Origin: Patescibacteria group bacterium
GTDB taxonomy: Bacteria > Patescibacteriota > Patescibacteriia > UBA10025 > JAHIVO01
Direction of reading: 5' to 3'
Assembly (NCBI GenBank): GCA_041650915.1
Contig: JBAZKE010000006.1
Span: forward strand, 8,961-72,960
Length of the DNA stretch: 64,000 nt
Part shown: positions 1 to 9,395 of the stretch, in pieces
Numbering within the stretch: the stretch's first letter is position 1
How the letters are laid out: the number at the start of each line of letters is the position of its first letter
Program-made: the position numbers and the translations under genes
The notes under the pieces: generated by a model
The model's input: the letters and a program-made list of their open reading frames with translations, nothing else
Told to the model about the DNA's origin: nothing
The model's database searches: none

Positions 1-334
1 TCAAGAATTACAAAGAGTTGGGGCTAAAAAGAAGTACGTTGAACGGTTTGACCGCTACGACCGCGCTTCCATTGCCAAATGGCTCGCGAGTGTAGTGGAT
101 AAAGCGGCGCAGGATCAAGAAGACGCGCAAGACCTAATTGATGAAATCGCGGACAGCGACGACCCGCGCGCCGGCCAGAATTTCTCCAAGCTGCTCAAAG
201 ACCATATCGCAAATCAGAACCACATCATGACCTGGGCTTTGGATAAATTAGAGCGCATCGACGAGCTTGCCAAGAAACCAACGCCGGAGTCAAAATCTGA
301 AACTGCAGCTACTCCAGTAGCTCCTGCAATTTAA
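1..334 (+). CDS. Hypothetical acidic protein, 5'-truncated at window edge
   Basis: Frame of the 95..334 ORF stays open back to position 2, so the gene starts upstream of the window. No recognisable motif. Confidence 0.45.
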   Translation, partial: QELQRVGAKKKYVERFDRYDRASIAKWLASVVDKAAQDQEDAQDLIDEIADSDDPRAGQNFSKLLKDHIANQNHIMTWALDKLERIDELAKKPTPESKSETAATPVAPAI

Positions 335-355
335 TTTCAGCCGTAGAGGTTTTAT

Positions 356-1075
356 ATGACAAAACTAGCTGATCGCGTTGCTCAGTTTACCAAGCGACTT
401 GCAGATTTGGATGTAGATCTACAGGCTCAAGTTGCAGATTCAGTCGCCGACCCCATTGAAACCATGCCGGACCCGGAACCCGTGGAATCCGTGCAGCTCG
501 GTGCAGTGTCGCCAGCGCTCCGTGGACAAATGGGAAATGCTCTGGCCGACGTGTTCGATAATTTCGGGCCCGAGATTTACAATGGCGTCGTGCTTGCGAT
601 CAAGGAAGCGCTCAAGTCTGCTTTCGAGGAAGGCTCGAACCAAATCGAGTCGGCCGTCGAAGAGGAGCTTGGTGCCCGGGGCATCAAAGCCGCGCAGAAG
701 CATTTCCGCAATTGGATGACCGAACTCACAGCAGTCATTACCCAGCAAGGTCTATCCGACGCTGCTATCTCGGCTGCTGATGAAGCTTCGACGTTGGCGG
801 CGGAATTCGCGAGCGAGAAGTCCGTGTCCGAGGCGCCAGATCTCCCCGGGCTCGAAGACATCGAAAACGTTCCCCTTGAGGACGTCGAAGTCGTGGAAGA
901 GCAGCCTGCAGAGACTGAAGAAGCCGCTGCTCCGGCATTCGAGAACACTGAGGCGGAAGGCGAAGCCGGTGGGGAAGCTGGTGGAGAAGTACCGCTCGAA
1001 GCTATTCCGGCCGTCGGTGCTGGTTTCCCGCAACCCCACATTACGCGCCGGACGCCCAAGACGTTCAAACGCTAA
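356..1075 (+). CDS. Hypothetical acidic protein with GEAGGEAGGE repeat
   Basis: 239-aa ORF with an AGAGG RBS about 8 nt upstream. Strongly acidic (E/D-rich) C-terminal half with a short tandem repeat. Confidence 0.55.
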   Translation: MTKLADRVAQFTKRLADLDVDLQAQVADSVADPIETMPDPEPVESVQLGAVSPALRGQMGNALADVFDNFGPEIYNGVVLAIKEALKSAFEEGSNQIESAVEEELGARGIKAAQKHFRNWMTELTAVITQQGLSDAAISAADEASTLAAEFASEKSVSEAPDLPGLEDIENVPLEDVEVVEEQPAETEEAAAPAFENTEAEGEAGGEAGGEVPLEAIPAVGAGFPQPHITRRTPKTFKR

Positions 1076-1085
1076 GGAAAGCACC

Positions 1086-1358
1086 ATGACACCTAAATTT
1101 ATTCGCGTTGCTGGGAAATTATACCGCAAGGCCGAGGGCCTCGAAGATATCGAAGCCGCACTCAATGCCGTCGTGAAGGCCAAGAGCGTGCTCCAGGGCC
1201 TCGGAATTGATTTCTCCGACCTCGTGCAGGCAGAGAAAACTCTCAAAGCAGAAGCTCCGAAACCCAGCACGCAAAAGATTGATGCCGCGGTAAAGCCGGC
1301 GCCAGAATTAATTCGCGTCGCCGGCAAACTCTATCGCAAAGTACCAACCCCAGCCTAA
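1086..1358 (+). CDS. Small protein (90 aa) carrying the hairpin tag at both ends (N: KFIRVAGKLYRK; C: ELIRVAGKLYRK)
   Basis: AAGGAAAG RBS 6 nt before the ATG. Identical 10-aa peptide at both termini, encoded by diverged DNA. Confidence 0.65.
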   Translation: MTPKFIRVAGKLYRKAEGLEDIEAALNAVVKAKSVLQGLGIDFSDLVQAEKTLKAEAPKPSTQKIDAAVKPAPELIRVAGKLYRKVPTPA

Positions 1359-1630
1359 TGTCACTATTTGCCAACAATTTCCTGGTAAAGCAAATCGAAG
1401 CGGAAGTCTTGCGAGATCATCTCGCAGACTTCGAATTAATTTCTGGCGTGGCCAGGCGGCACTTCGATTTGATTCCAGGCATTGAATTGGCAAAACTAAT
1501 TTCCGAACTCACGCAGGACCAGTACAAGTTATTTGACCGCTGGTTCTCTGAGCAGCCGCGCTATAATTTTGCCGTCGCCGTGCGAACCGCTCTGGCACTT
1601 TGCGTGGCGATCAAGTTGATCGAGAAATAA
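1358..1630 (+). CDS. Hypothetical protein (90 aa)
   Basis: ATG overlaps the upstream stop (TAATG), suggesting translational coupling. No motif. Confidence 0.45.
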   Translation: MSLFANNFLVKQIEAEVLRDHLADFELISGVARRHFDLIPGIELAKLISELTQDQYKLFDRWFSEQPRYNFAVAVRTALALCVAIKLIEK

Positions 1631-1631
1631 A

Positions 1632-2117
1632 TTGGATTTGCTAACCCTAGCCCACGCCTTAGCCGTCTGGCCTGAACGCGGCCCAGTCAGTCCAGGTGTA
1701 GCGCAGGAGTTTCCAGAAATTAATCCCTGGGCTTCCCGTGCAGTGCTCTACGGAGCAGAAATGCACGTTGCTTACCCGTTGGCACCTTCTATATATCCCA
1801 GATATTTCGATAAGCCGGTTGTCAAGCAGCACAAGCCTACAGGACCATCTCGATCTTCTGCTCTGGTAATTCGTCCCGGTTCTACTTTGCCTGTAACTCT
1901 AAATGGGCATCAGGCCACGGCAAACGTTGACTCCGCGCGCCGTATTCAGTATTCGGGCAAATACACGCATTTGAAATTGACCCTAATCGTCAACACTGAA
2001 AAATTACCCCTGACACTGCAAAACGAAACCAAATGTGCGTGCCTGTACTGTGGTACAGAGCCCCGGGGAAATGATTTCACGTGCCGTTCATGCGGCTCTC
2101 CGTTACCGGATTGCTAA
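1632..2117 (+). CDS. Hypothetical protein with C-terminal zinc-ribbon (CxxC-x14-CxxC)
   Basis: ORF with TTG start as given in the track. C-terminal 'CACLYCG...CRSCG' motif. Start codon uncertain. Confidence 0.4.
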   Translation: MDLLTLAHALAVWPERGPVSPGVAQEFPEINPWASRAVLYGAEMHVAYPLAPSIYPRYFDKPVVKQHKPTGPSRSSALVIRPGSTLPVTLNGHQATANVDSARRIQYSGKYTHLKLTLIVNTEKLPLTLQNETKCACLYCGTEPRGNDFTCRSCGSPLPDC

Positions 2118-2123
2118 TTATTC

Positions 2124-2396
2124 ATGCGTAACACGATTAAATATCTTGGTGTCGAATATGTGAGAGTCGCCGAAGCGCAAGACGCTTTGAGCACCGCACT
2201 GCAGCAGCTTAAAAATGCTAGAGAACAACTCAAGCACGCTACCGGTGATTATGGCAATAAGGCAACGTTGGCCAAAGCAATCGCTAGTGCTGATTCTTGG
2301 ATCGAGGCGGCGAGAAATAAAATTAAACAGCACGTCAAACAAATGCAAGAACCGCACATCGCCTCGGCAGAACTAGATAATATAGCCGACGAGTAA
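2124..2396 (+). CDS. Hypothetical small helical/coiled-coil protein
   Basis: 90-aa ORF, Q/K/A-rich heptad-like composition. Confidence 0.45.
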   Translation: MRNTIKYLGVEYVRVAEAQDALSTALQQLKNAREQLKHATGDYGNKATLAKAIASADSWIEAARNKIKQHVKQMQEPHIASAELDNIADE

Positions 2397-2497
2397 ATCT
2401 CAGGTACTCGACCCGCGGCAATGAATTAAATAGTTTCGATTCCACCTTAATTTTTGGTTAGAGTCAGTTTTGATACCAAGAAACTGGTTTGTGGTAT

Positions 2498-2556
2498 TTC
2501 CGGAGTACCGGAATTCATTAGCGCAAACTGCATTTTCAGCATTCGGCTGAAAATGC
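2498..2556. promoter_or_regulatory. Two palindromes in the leader of a strongly expressed structural gene
   Basis: TTCCGG-AGTA-CCGGAA at 2498-2513, and an 11-bp inverted repeat GCATTTTCAGC/GCTGAAAATGC at 2530-2556, 25 nt before the strong RBS GCAGGAGGATAAA of the 2581 gene. Confidence 0.3.
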
Positions 2557-2580
2557 GTAAAAATTCCGCAGGAGGATAAA

Positions 2581-3384
2581 ATGGCCCTACAGCCCACTAT
2601 GTCTCGTCAATCCAAGCTCGATATGACCCGTTCTTATTTCCAGCGTCGTGAGGAATTCGCTCTCACGGCCGCGACCAACCTCGTCGAGGAAGGCCAGCTC
2701 GCCGCTATGGGCGGGACTGTGGGGCGCGAAGTCACGACCACTGGCGGTCTCGCGGTGACTGAGGTTCCCGCAGGCGTAATGCTTCTCGGTTACATCGATG
2801 CCAATACTTTCTCTTACTGCGAAAGCGGCACCGTACCGGCTTCTCTGTCCTACACCTTGAAGTTCAACAATCTCGTAGTCAATCCCTACACTACGCCGCT
2901 TGTTGACGCCTTCGTGGCGATCAATTCCACCGGGCTCGAGATTCCAGTGGTTGCCCCGGCTCCCGCAAACGGCCAAGTTAGCATCGCGGGCGCCACAGGC
3001 GTCATGACGTTTGCCGCACTTCAGGCCGGTGGCGCGCTTTCGATGGTCGGCGTAGTATTCACCGTGCGGTATCGCTGGACACTTACGACTGTACAGGCGC
3101 GAGAGATCGTGCGTCAGTCAGCGATCGGTCGTGGCTCTGAAGGTACTTACCGCAAAGCCATCGTAGGTCGCGGCGACGGTTGCCGTTGCTTCACTACGAC
3201 TTATGATGCTGATGGTGTGTGGGAGCTAAATCGTCAGGACGGCGCTGCTGGTTCTCCGGTGCTCGGGGCTGGTGGTGTATGGACGACCTTCACGAATAAC
3301 AACAACGGAACTCCGTTCGGGCGCGTTGTATCTCTCCCGAGTGTGAACGATCCATACCTCGGTATGGAATTCACGACTCCCTAA
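2581..3384 (+). CDS. Virion structural-like protein, tandem paralog A (267 aa)
   Basis: Strong RBS AGGAGGA, an intrinsic terminator immediately downstream, and a paralog next door (shared N-terminus MxxQPxxSxQSKxDxTRSYFQRREExALTAAT and C-terminus SLNDPYLGxEYTTP). Confidence 0.7.
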   Translation: MALQPTMSRQSKLDMTRSYFQRREEFALTAATNLVEEGQLAAMGGTVGREVTTTGGLAVTEVPAGVMLLGYIDANTFSYCESGTVPASLSYTLKFNNLVVNPYTTPLVDAFVAINSTGLEIPVVAPAPANGQVSIAGATGVMTFAALQAGGALSMVGVVFTVRYRWTLTTVQAREIVRQSAIGRGSEGTYRKAIVGRGDGCRCFTTTYDADGVWELNRQDGAAGSPVLGAGGVWTTFTNNNNGTPFGRVVSLPSVNDPYLGMEFTTP

Positions 3385-3401
3385 CGGCAATTAGTTAATT
3401 G

Positions 3402-3436
3402 CAGCCCGCTGGAAATAATTTCCAGCGGGCTTTTTA
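3402..3436 (+). terminator. Rho-independent terminator
   Basis: Perfect GC-rich stem CCCGCTGGAAA / TTTCCAGCGGG followed by CTTTTTATTT. Confidence 0.75.
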
Positions 3437-3477
3437 TTTGCCGGAAGCACAAATTTAATTACTGGTTATCTATTTTT

Positions 3478-3497
3478 CACGTTACACTTTATTAGAC
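3478..3497 (+). promoter_or_regulatory. Conserved CACGTTA-N-TTTATTAG promoter-like element (copy 1)
   Basis: CACGTTACACTTTATTAGAC. Related sequences precede three other genes (25843, 32105, 46145). Confidence 0.35.
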
Positions 3498-3610
3498 CAC
3501 CATAGAATCACAACATTAATCGTCTTAATCGAATTACACGGTACCATTAGGTACTGAATAAATTTCTGGCGAAAGTCAGGAAAAATTAAACATCGTTTTA
3601 GGAGGCCAAA

Positions 3611-4405
3611 ATGGCTATTCAGCCGGGCGCAAGCCTGCAAAGCAAGTATGATCAGACCCGCAGTTATTTCCAGCGGCGAGAGGAATACGCTCTCACTGCT
3701 GCCACCGTCCTCGTGGAGGAAGGCCAGCTAGCGGTTCGTGCTGGGACTTCTCTCACGACCGTAACGACTTCAACCGGTGCTGCGCTTGAGATGCCGGTCG
3801 GCGTAATGCTTCTTGGGGAAATTGACGCCAATACTTTTACTTGGGTCGAGACTTTCACGATCCCTAACGCGGCAATTCCGACCTTCACACTCAAGTACAA
3901 CAACCTCGCGCCGTCGAACTACACGCTCGGTCTCGCTGATAACAGCGACATCTATGTGTACGACAACACCGCTGCCGGTCAGATGGCGCAGGCCAACCCG
4001 GCTCCCGCGGACAATCAGTTCTCTTGCACGGCCGCAACTGGCGTGCTGCGTTTCCACATCAACGACATTGGTCACTCTGTGACCGCGCGTTACCGGTGGA
4101 CCCTCACGACTCCGCAGTCACGCGAGATCGTACGCCAGTCGGCTGTGGGCCGCGGGTCAGAAAATACTTATCGCAAGGTAATTATCGGCCGCGGTAACAA
4201 CTGCCGAATTTACACTACGATGTACAGCCCGCAGGCACTCTGGACTCTGAATCTTCAGAGTGGTCTCCTGAACTCCCCGGCGCTGGGCGCGGGTGGCATT
4301 TGGTCGACCGTGACCCAGTCGACCACCGGCGTGCCATTTGGCCGTGTAATTCAGCTACCGAGTCTCAATGATCCCTACCTGGGCATTGAGTACACGACTC
4401 CTTAA
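3611..4405 (+). CDS. Virion structural-like protein, tandem paralog B (264 aa)
   Basis: RBS TAGGAGG. Homologous to the 2581..3384 product over its full length. Confidence 0.7.
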   Translation: MAIQPGASLQSKYDQTRSYFQRREEYALTAATVLVEEGQLAVRAGTSLTTVTTSTGAALEMPVGVMLLGEIDANTFTWVETFTIPNAAIPTFTLKYNNLAPSNYTLGLADNSDIYVYDNTAAGQMAQANPAPADNQFSCTAATGVLRFHINDIGHSVTARYRWTLTTPQSREIVRQSAVGRGSENTYRKVIIGRGNNCRIYTTMYSPQALWTLNLQSGLLNSPALGAGGIWSTVTQSTTGVPFGRVIQLPSLNDPYLGIEYTTP

Positions 4406-4445
4406 CTAACGGTTTAAACCGCTGATTTTTAGAAAGGATTCAATC

Positions 4446-5561
4446 ATGTCTATTTATCGCAACAAGATCGTGAACCGGCAGGGCGAGGACGTTGCTCAGC
4501 AGCCCCGACTTGCTACTCGCAGTAACGGTACCGTGGAGCGCACCGCGGCTCCGCTCGTCAACGCCAAGGGCGAGTACAACGCCTTCGATCAGAAGGATCT
4601 CAAGAACATCCTCATGACCCTGGCGAACCAGGTCGAGTCCGGCGAGATGCAGCGCGTGACTGCCGTCGACGAGGATGCGGCTTCCCGCCTCGTGACTGCT
4701 GCTCTGACCGAGCGCAACGCTGACCTCCGCGGCGGTGCCTTCGAGCGCGTCGGCCAGGTCGTCACGGACATGATTTCTGAAACGATGGGCCGCCAGTCGT
4801 TCTCAGATAAGATCTTCGCCCGCATGGACGCCAAAGAGGGCGTGGGCTTTGTGCCGCCCGTGAAGGTCGATCAGATGGACGTTGTTGCTTGGCACTTGAC
4901 CGCCAACGGCCAGGTTGCCGAGTCTCTCGTCAATCCCAAGTTCATCTACCCCGAGGGTTATTGGCTCCAGACTCTAGTGTACGTTGAAGAGCAGGATCTG
5001 TATTTCGCAGGTTCCAGCTTCCTCGAGCAGAAGCACCAGCGTGGTCTCGAGGCCATGCTCGTCCGCCAGGACAACGTGGCCAAGTTCCTCCTCGACGCCG
5101 CTGCCCCCGTGGCCAACGACGTCGTGACGTTCGGTACCTTCACCCCGACCGTCGCGGGTATTCTCCGTGATCAGGTGTGGCGTTGGAGTCTGACCCCCAC
5201 CACGATGCTCCTCGCTGTCGACCTCCAGCGGGACATTCTGTCTGATGACGACTGGCACAACGTTTATTCGCCAATTCAGAAGCACGTCCTCTTTGAAGAG
5301 GGGAAATTCGGCGAGATCTACGGGATGGAAGTGTTCACCGACGGTTTCCGTTACCCGACCCTGCGCGTCCTAGACCCAGGCGAAGTGTACTTCCTGTCGG
5401 CCCCCACGACCCTCGGCGTGCACATTCCTCTCATTCCTCTGTACAGCGAGCCCGTAAATCGGCACTTCGAAGGCATCCCCAAGAAGGGCTGGTTCGTCGC
5501 TTCCTACCAGGCTACCGTCGTGGCCAACAGCAAGGGCGTGTCCAAGGGCATCAAGGTCTAA
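4446..5561 (+). CDS. Putative major capsid-like structural protein (371 aa)
   Basis: RBS AAAGGA. Size and position next to abundant structural paralogs. Product assignment is tentative, with no diagnostic motif. Confidence 0.55.
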   Translation: MSIYRNKIVNRQGEDVAQQPRLATRSNGTVERTAAPLVNAKGEYNAFDQKDLKNILMTLANQVESGEMQRVTAVDEDAASRLVTAALTERNADLRGGAFERVGQVVTDMISETMGRQSFSDKIFARMDAKEGVGFVPPVKVDQMDVVAWHLTANGQVAESLVNPKFIYPEGYWLQTLVYVEEQDLYFAGSSFLEQKHQRGLEAMLVRQDNVAKFLLDAAAPVANDVVTFGTFTPTVAGILRDQVWRWSLTPTTMLLAVDLQRDILSDDDWHNVYSPIQKHVLFEEGKFGEIYGMEVFTDGFRYPTLRVLDPGEVYFLSAPTTLGVHIPLIPLYSEPVNRHFEGIPKKGWFVASYQATVVANSKGVSKGIKV

Positions 5562-5634
5562 CTTCTCCTAACTCTCCTTCCTAATTTCTTCTGATTACCA
5601 GGAAGCCCGATTTTGCGATCGGGCTTCCGCATAA

Positions 5635-8600
5635 TTGGGCGAAATTCTTCAGGTTATTATGAAAAATTTAGACTGGACTCCTGATACCGCGGAACAAGCC
5701 GGCGAGGCCATCGGCATCGCTTGGGATACAGCGGAATTTACACCGGAAGATTTGCTTCAGGGTATGAATGTCGAGCTTGAGCACTGTTCAGACCCAGATA
5801 CCGAAGTAATTACTTGTAATTCTGAAGATACTGCTCGAATCGCTTGGGCACACCTTAAAGAATCGTCCGCATATTATCGCAATCTAGCTAAAATGGAACA
5901 AAGCTTTAAAGAAGCCTCCGCCAGAACGGCCGCCGAGCTTGAACCCGAGGACTTGGCTAAAGCGCGCGGTCTAGAAAAAACTCGTCCTGTAGTTGACCCC
6001 TATGAAATTCGTGCGCGCGAAATTCTTAAAGAGCAAGGCAACGAGCAGCCGACAAAAAAAGAACTCGATGCAGCCTACGATTTAGCCTCACGTGAAGGGC
6101 GAAAGCCCGGCGCGGCACCGGCCCCAGAAGCCGCGTCCGAGCCAGTTAAAATCAAGCGCGGAAAAAAGGTCTATAAGGCGCCCAAGCAAAAAGCTGAAGA
6201 GCCCAAGCCCGACAAGCAAGAGTTCATCGCGGCTTTCCTGGCCGATTATGACCATAGGCGCAAGTCTTTTATCATTGATAGTCTGAATGCGCTACGCGCT
6301 GATAAATCTATTTCTAAAGAGCAGCGCGTTCAAGTAGGTAAAACTATCGCGGCCATGCAGCCCGAAGCTCTGGCGGCGTTTGCTTATTCTAAAGCACTTG
6401 CTGATTTTGAGACCAAAGCAAAAACTAAGGCACAAGAATCGGCTTTTCACACCAAAGTAAAACAATACCTCAAAGCGCAGGGTATCGAAGACTATACGCA
6501 AGAGCAATGGAGCGCGGCAGTTTCTGCGATCATCGCCCAAGAGCGCAAAGAAGCCAAAGAACTAGAGAACACCAATATAGAAAAAGGCACCAAGCATCTG
6601 CAAGAGAAGAAGGAAACTGTAGACCCAGAAGACGAACAAAATGATCAACAGGTTGCGGAGTTCACGCAGCCGCTAGTCACGTCTGCGGTCAGTCAAATCA
6701 AGTCTTTTGTCAAAAATCCAAAGGCGGAAGTCTGGACACAGTATCCTGGTGCAGATAAAACCCGGTGCTTCGTTTTAGATGTGTTGGTTCCTCGCGGTGA
6801 GCGCTACGCTGCACGCGTAGGTAATTATCTCAATATACCGGCTGATGTTGTGCTCGGTGCAATAGAATCATCCGGCGCAGCGTATAAAGAATACATTACA
6901 TACATCTCAGAGTTTAATACAGAACTCACCCAGGCTTTAACTGCAGCGTTTGAGGCTGAATTACCAAAGCTAGCACCGTACATAGATTTGGGTTTAGACA
7001 AAAAAGACACAGCGGATGCCGCCGACGATAAAAAAGCTAAACCGAAGATTAAATCCGATGTCCCCACACTTGACACCAAGCTCATAGGCTGGGAGCTGGA
7101 GATATTTGATACTGTAGCGTTTGGGGAATCTATTTCTGACGCACCCGAAGGTTTGCTTTTGGTTGCTACAATCGAAGAATCGTATATCGCCCATTGGTCC
7201 GCTGTGGACAAAGCGGCAATCAAAATTCTGCATACAGACATTCCTAAAACAGTTAAAAATCCAGGTAAGTGGCCTGATTGGGCAAAAACTGACAAATGGT
7301 TCGACGTCAGCACCGAGATGGCAGAACCCAGCGAAGCCGTGGTCGTGGCACAGCTTGCGAAGTACGCTGGCGGAAATGATTCCTACAGTCTAAGCGCTAG
7401 TTCGGCGCTCAAGCTCAAGCGTGATTCTGGTTCACCAGCGTACACTAAATATTTTGCTAAAAAGTTCGAAAATTTAAAGACTAAACCAGAAAAGACCGAT
7501 ACTCCGGTCATTGCGACAGAGATTTTCCGTGATTATTTAGAATTACCCGAATCAGATCCGCTACAGTCGCTAGCCGAAGCCATCGTTATGGAAAAAATGG
7601 GAGATATAGCGGAGCATCAGACAGCCAGAATACAAGATCAAGGATATACAGATTGGATGGTCCTGGTATACGATTCAGTCAAGCAGACTGTGATTCCTGA
7701 CGCGCCCAAAGGTCTATTGCTTTTAGGTATTATTTCCAAAAAAGATAAAGAACAGCACACTCAGGCGTTGGCACGACGCAAAGCCATTATCAATAGTGCG
7801 CAGGCTACAGGGGCACAGCAGCTTGAACTTTTTGGGCCCAATGCGGGGCGCGGTGAAGGCCAAGGTGTGGCTGAGTTTACCAAAAAGGCCGAGGCTGAAC
7901 TAGGACTTTCCGAGGATGAAGCCGATCTATGGCGCCAGTATTTCATTGTATCGTTGAAGCAAACTCAGCACACTCACGTGAAACCTATGCCGCGCAAACC
8001 AAAAAAATTCAAAACTGAAACAGGCAAGCAAGTGACTATGAAGCCCGACGAATCTGAATTCGCTGAAGATATTTCACAAATTGGTAAATCGGACGTCGAA
8101 ACCTACGACCAGCGTTACAGCAGCGTGAAGACGGCGGTGGTTAAGGACTGCAAAGAAAAAGACCTGGATGATCGCCCCAAGGCCGAGCAAAAAGTTTGCC
8201 TCTACAGCGAAGAGGGCAAGCTGCTCGGCCGGCATCCCACGGAAGAATCGGCGGAAAAGCAACGCCGCAAGGTCGAGATGGAAAAGCACTCGGCCTACTT
8301 CAAAGTCAATCCTCTGGCTTTCGTTTCGGCAGACGAAATTTCTGATTACTACGAAGAGCAACATCTCCGGATGGCCTATGGGTTCTATGACGCAGACCAA
8401 GCGCAAAGGGCCCAAGCCAAAGTAACGGCAATCTGGAAAATGCGCAAAGCTCGAGTTGGCGCAGAGTTGACCTATACCAAGCAAAACGGCAACGAAGTAG
8501 AATTCATCGGTACGGTGGACAGCGCGCGAACGTACCGAGGTACGGCTGGGCTGGATCCGGTAGCCATCACTTCCATCAATCCCTTTGAAGAATACGCCCA

Positions 8601-9384
8601 AGGCAAAATTGGCAACGACACGGCTGCACTGACCGCCGCACTGCAGTCTTGGCACGGAACGCAAACTAAAGTCGCTTCGAAAGGCAAAACCATGCTTAAA
8701 GTTAAAGCTTCAGCTCTTCTTCGCATTGCGGAACTCATTGAGGTCGATGCCCCGAGTAAAGAACAGATTCGTGCCGCTGGGCTCAAGTGGCTCGCCGAGG
8801 CAGTAAAACCACGACAGCGCACTGCGGCAGATCTAACTCCTCGCGTTGAGATGATGGACGCGCTGGAAGATCTAGGTATTGTGGTGAAGAACTTCCAGGA
8901 CGAAGGCAAATTTGTCGGCATGGTTAAAGATATCGGTAATGCCTTTGCCGCACAAAAAGACGCCATGGGTCTAAAACTGTGGAACGCGCTCAAGGCGGAG
9001 CTTTCGGCGCAGCTACGCGGAATGGCTGAAGATATTGGTTCAGGTGCTTCCGAGCAAGAAGGCTTCGCTGAGGCGCTAGGTGAAGCCATTAAAACCGCAG
9101 AAGGCAAAGTTCAGGCTTTCTTAGGCAAAGCCCAAGCCCAGCCCAGCGGAGTTGCAACAGCAGAAGTCAAGACCGCACTGAACGCTCCAGTATTCGCGCC
9201 ACCGCAGGACCCCACCACAGAACTGCAGAGTAAGCTAGCATATATCCTCAATACCATCGAAGACTACATTGCGCAATATGCAGGCGATGCCGCCAAACTC
9301 ATGGAAGTAAAAGGCGCGCTGGTTCGCGCTTGTGCTTCAGCCTATATTGATTTGAATTCACCGCGCGCCGCAGCCAAGAAATAA
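5635..9384 (+). CDS. Large hypothetical protein (1249 aa), K/E-rich with internal repeats
   Basis: Uninterrupted 3.75-kb ORF. Repeated DAP[EK]GLLL[VL] segments. AT-richer 5' end. Confidence 0.7.
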   Translation: MGEILQVIMKNLDWTPDTAEQAGEAIGIAWDTAEFTPEDLLQGMNVELEHCSDPDTEVITCNSEDTARIAWAHLKESSAYYRNLAKMEQSFKEASARTAAELEPEDLAKARGLEKTRPVVDPYEIRAREILKEQGNEQPTKKELDAAYDLASREGRKPGAAPAPEAASEPVKIKRGKKVYKAPKQKAEEPKPDKQEFIAAFLADYDHRRKSFIIDSLNALRADKSISKEQRVQVGKTIAAMQPEALAAFAYSKALADFETKAKTKAQESAFHTKVKQYLKAQGIEDYTQEQWSAAVSAIIAQERKEAKELENTNIEKGTKHLQEKKETVDPEDEQNDQQVAEFTQPLVTSAVSQIKSFVKNPKAEVWTQYPGADKTRCFVLDVLVPRGERYAARVGNYLNIPADVVLGAIESSGAAYKEYITYISEFNTELTQALTAAFEAELPKLAPYIDLGLDKKDTADAADDKKAKPKIKSDVPTLDTKLIGWELEIFDTVAFGESISDAPEGLLLVATIEESYIAHWSAVDKAAIKILHTDIPKTVKNPGKWPDWAKTDKWFDVSTEMAEPSEAVVVAQLAKYAGGNDSYSLSASSALKLKRDSGSPAYTKYFAKKFENLKTKPEKTDTPVIATEIFRDYLELPESDPLQSLAEAIVMEKMGDIAEHQTARIQDQGYTDWMVLVYDSVKQTVIPDAPKGLLLLGIISKKDKEQHTQALARRKAIINSAQATGAQQLELFGPNAGRGEGQGVAEFTKKAEAELGLSEDEADLWRQYFIVSLKQTQHTHVKPMPRKPKKFKTETGKQVTMKPDESEFAEDISQIGKSDVETYDQRYSSVKTAVVKDCKEKDLDDRPKAEQKVCLYSEEGKLLGRHPTEESAEKQRRKVEMEKHSAYFKVNPLAFVSADEISDYYEEQHLRMAYGFYDADQAQRAQAKVTAIWKMRKARVGAELTYTKQNGNEVEFIGTVDSARTYRGTAGLDPVAITSINPFEEYAQGKIGNDTAALTAALQSWHGTQTKVASKGKTMLKVKASALLRIAELIEVDAPSKEQIRAAGLKWLAEAVKPRQRTAADLTPRVEMMDALEDLGIVVKNFQDEGKFVGMVKDIGNAFAAQKDAMGLKLWNALKAELSAQLRGMAEDIGSGASEQEGFAEALGEAIKTAEGKVQAFLGKAQAQPSGVATAEVKTALNAPVFAPPQDPTTELQSKLAYILNTIEDYIAQYAGDAAKLMEVKGALVRACASAYIDLNSPRAAAKK

Positions 9385-9395
9385 TAGAGGTTTCC

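Noticed and set aside
577-1327. Long minus-strand ORFs 577..1068 and 752..1327 overlapping + strand genes.
   Set aside because: Ala/Ser/Pro-rich shadow ORFs typical of GC-rich coding DNA read antisense. No RBS. The sense-strand genes have RBSs and tight spacing.
8074-9107. Minus-strand ORFs 8074..8664 and 8472..9107 inside the 1249-aa gene.
   Set aside because: Antisense to a continuous 3.75-kb ORF. Composition consistent with shadow frames.
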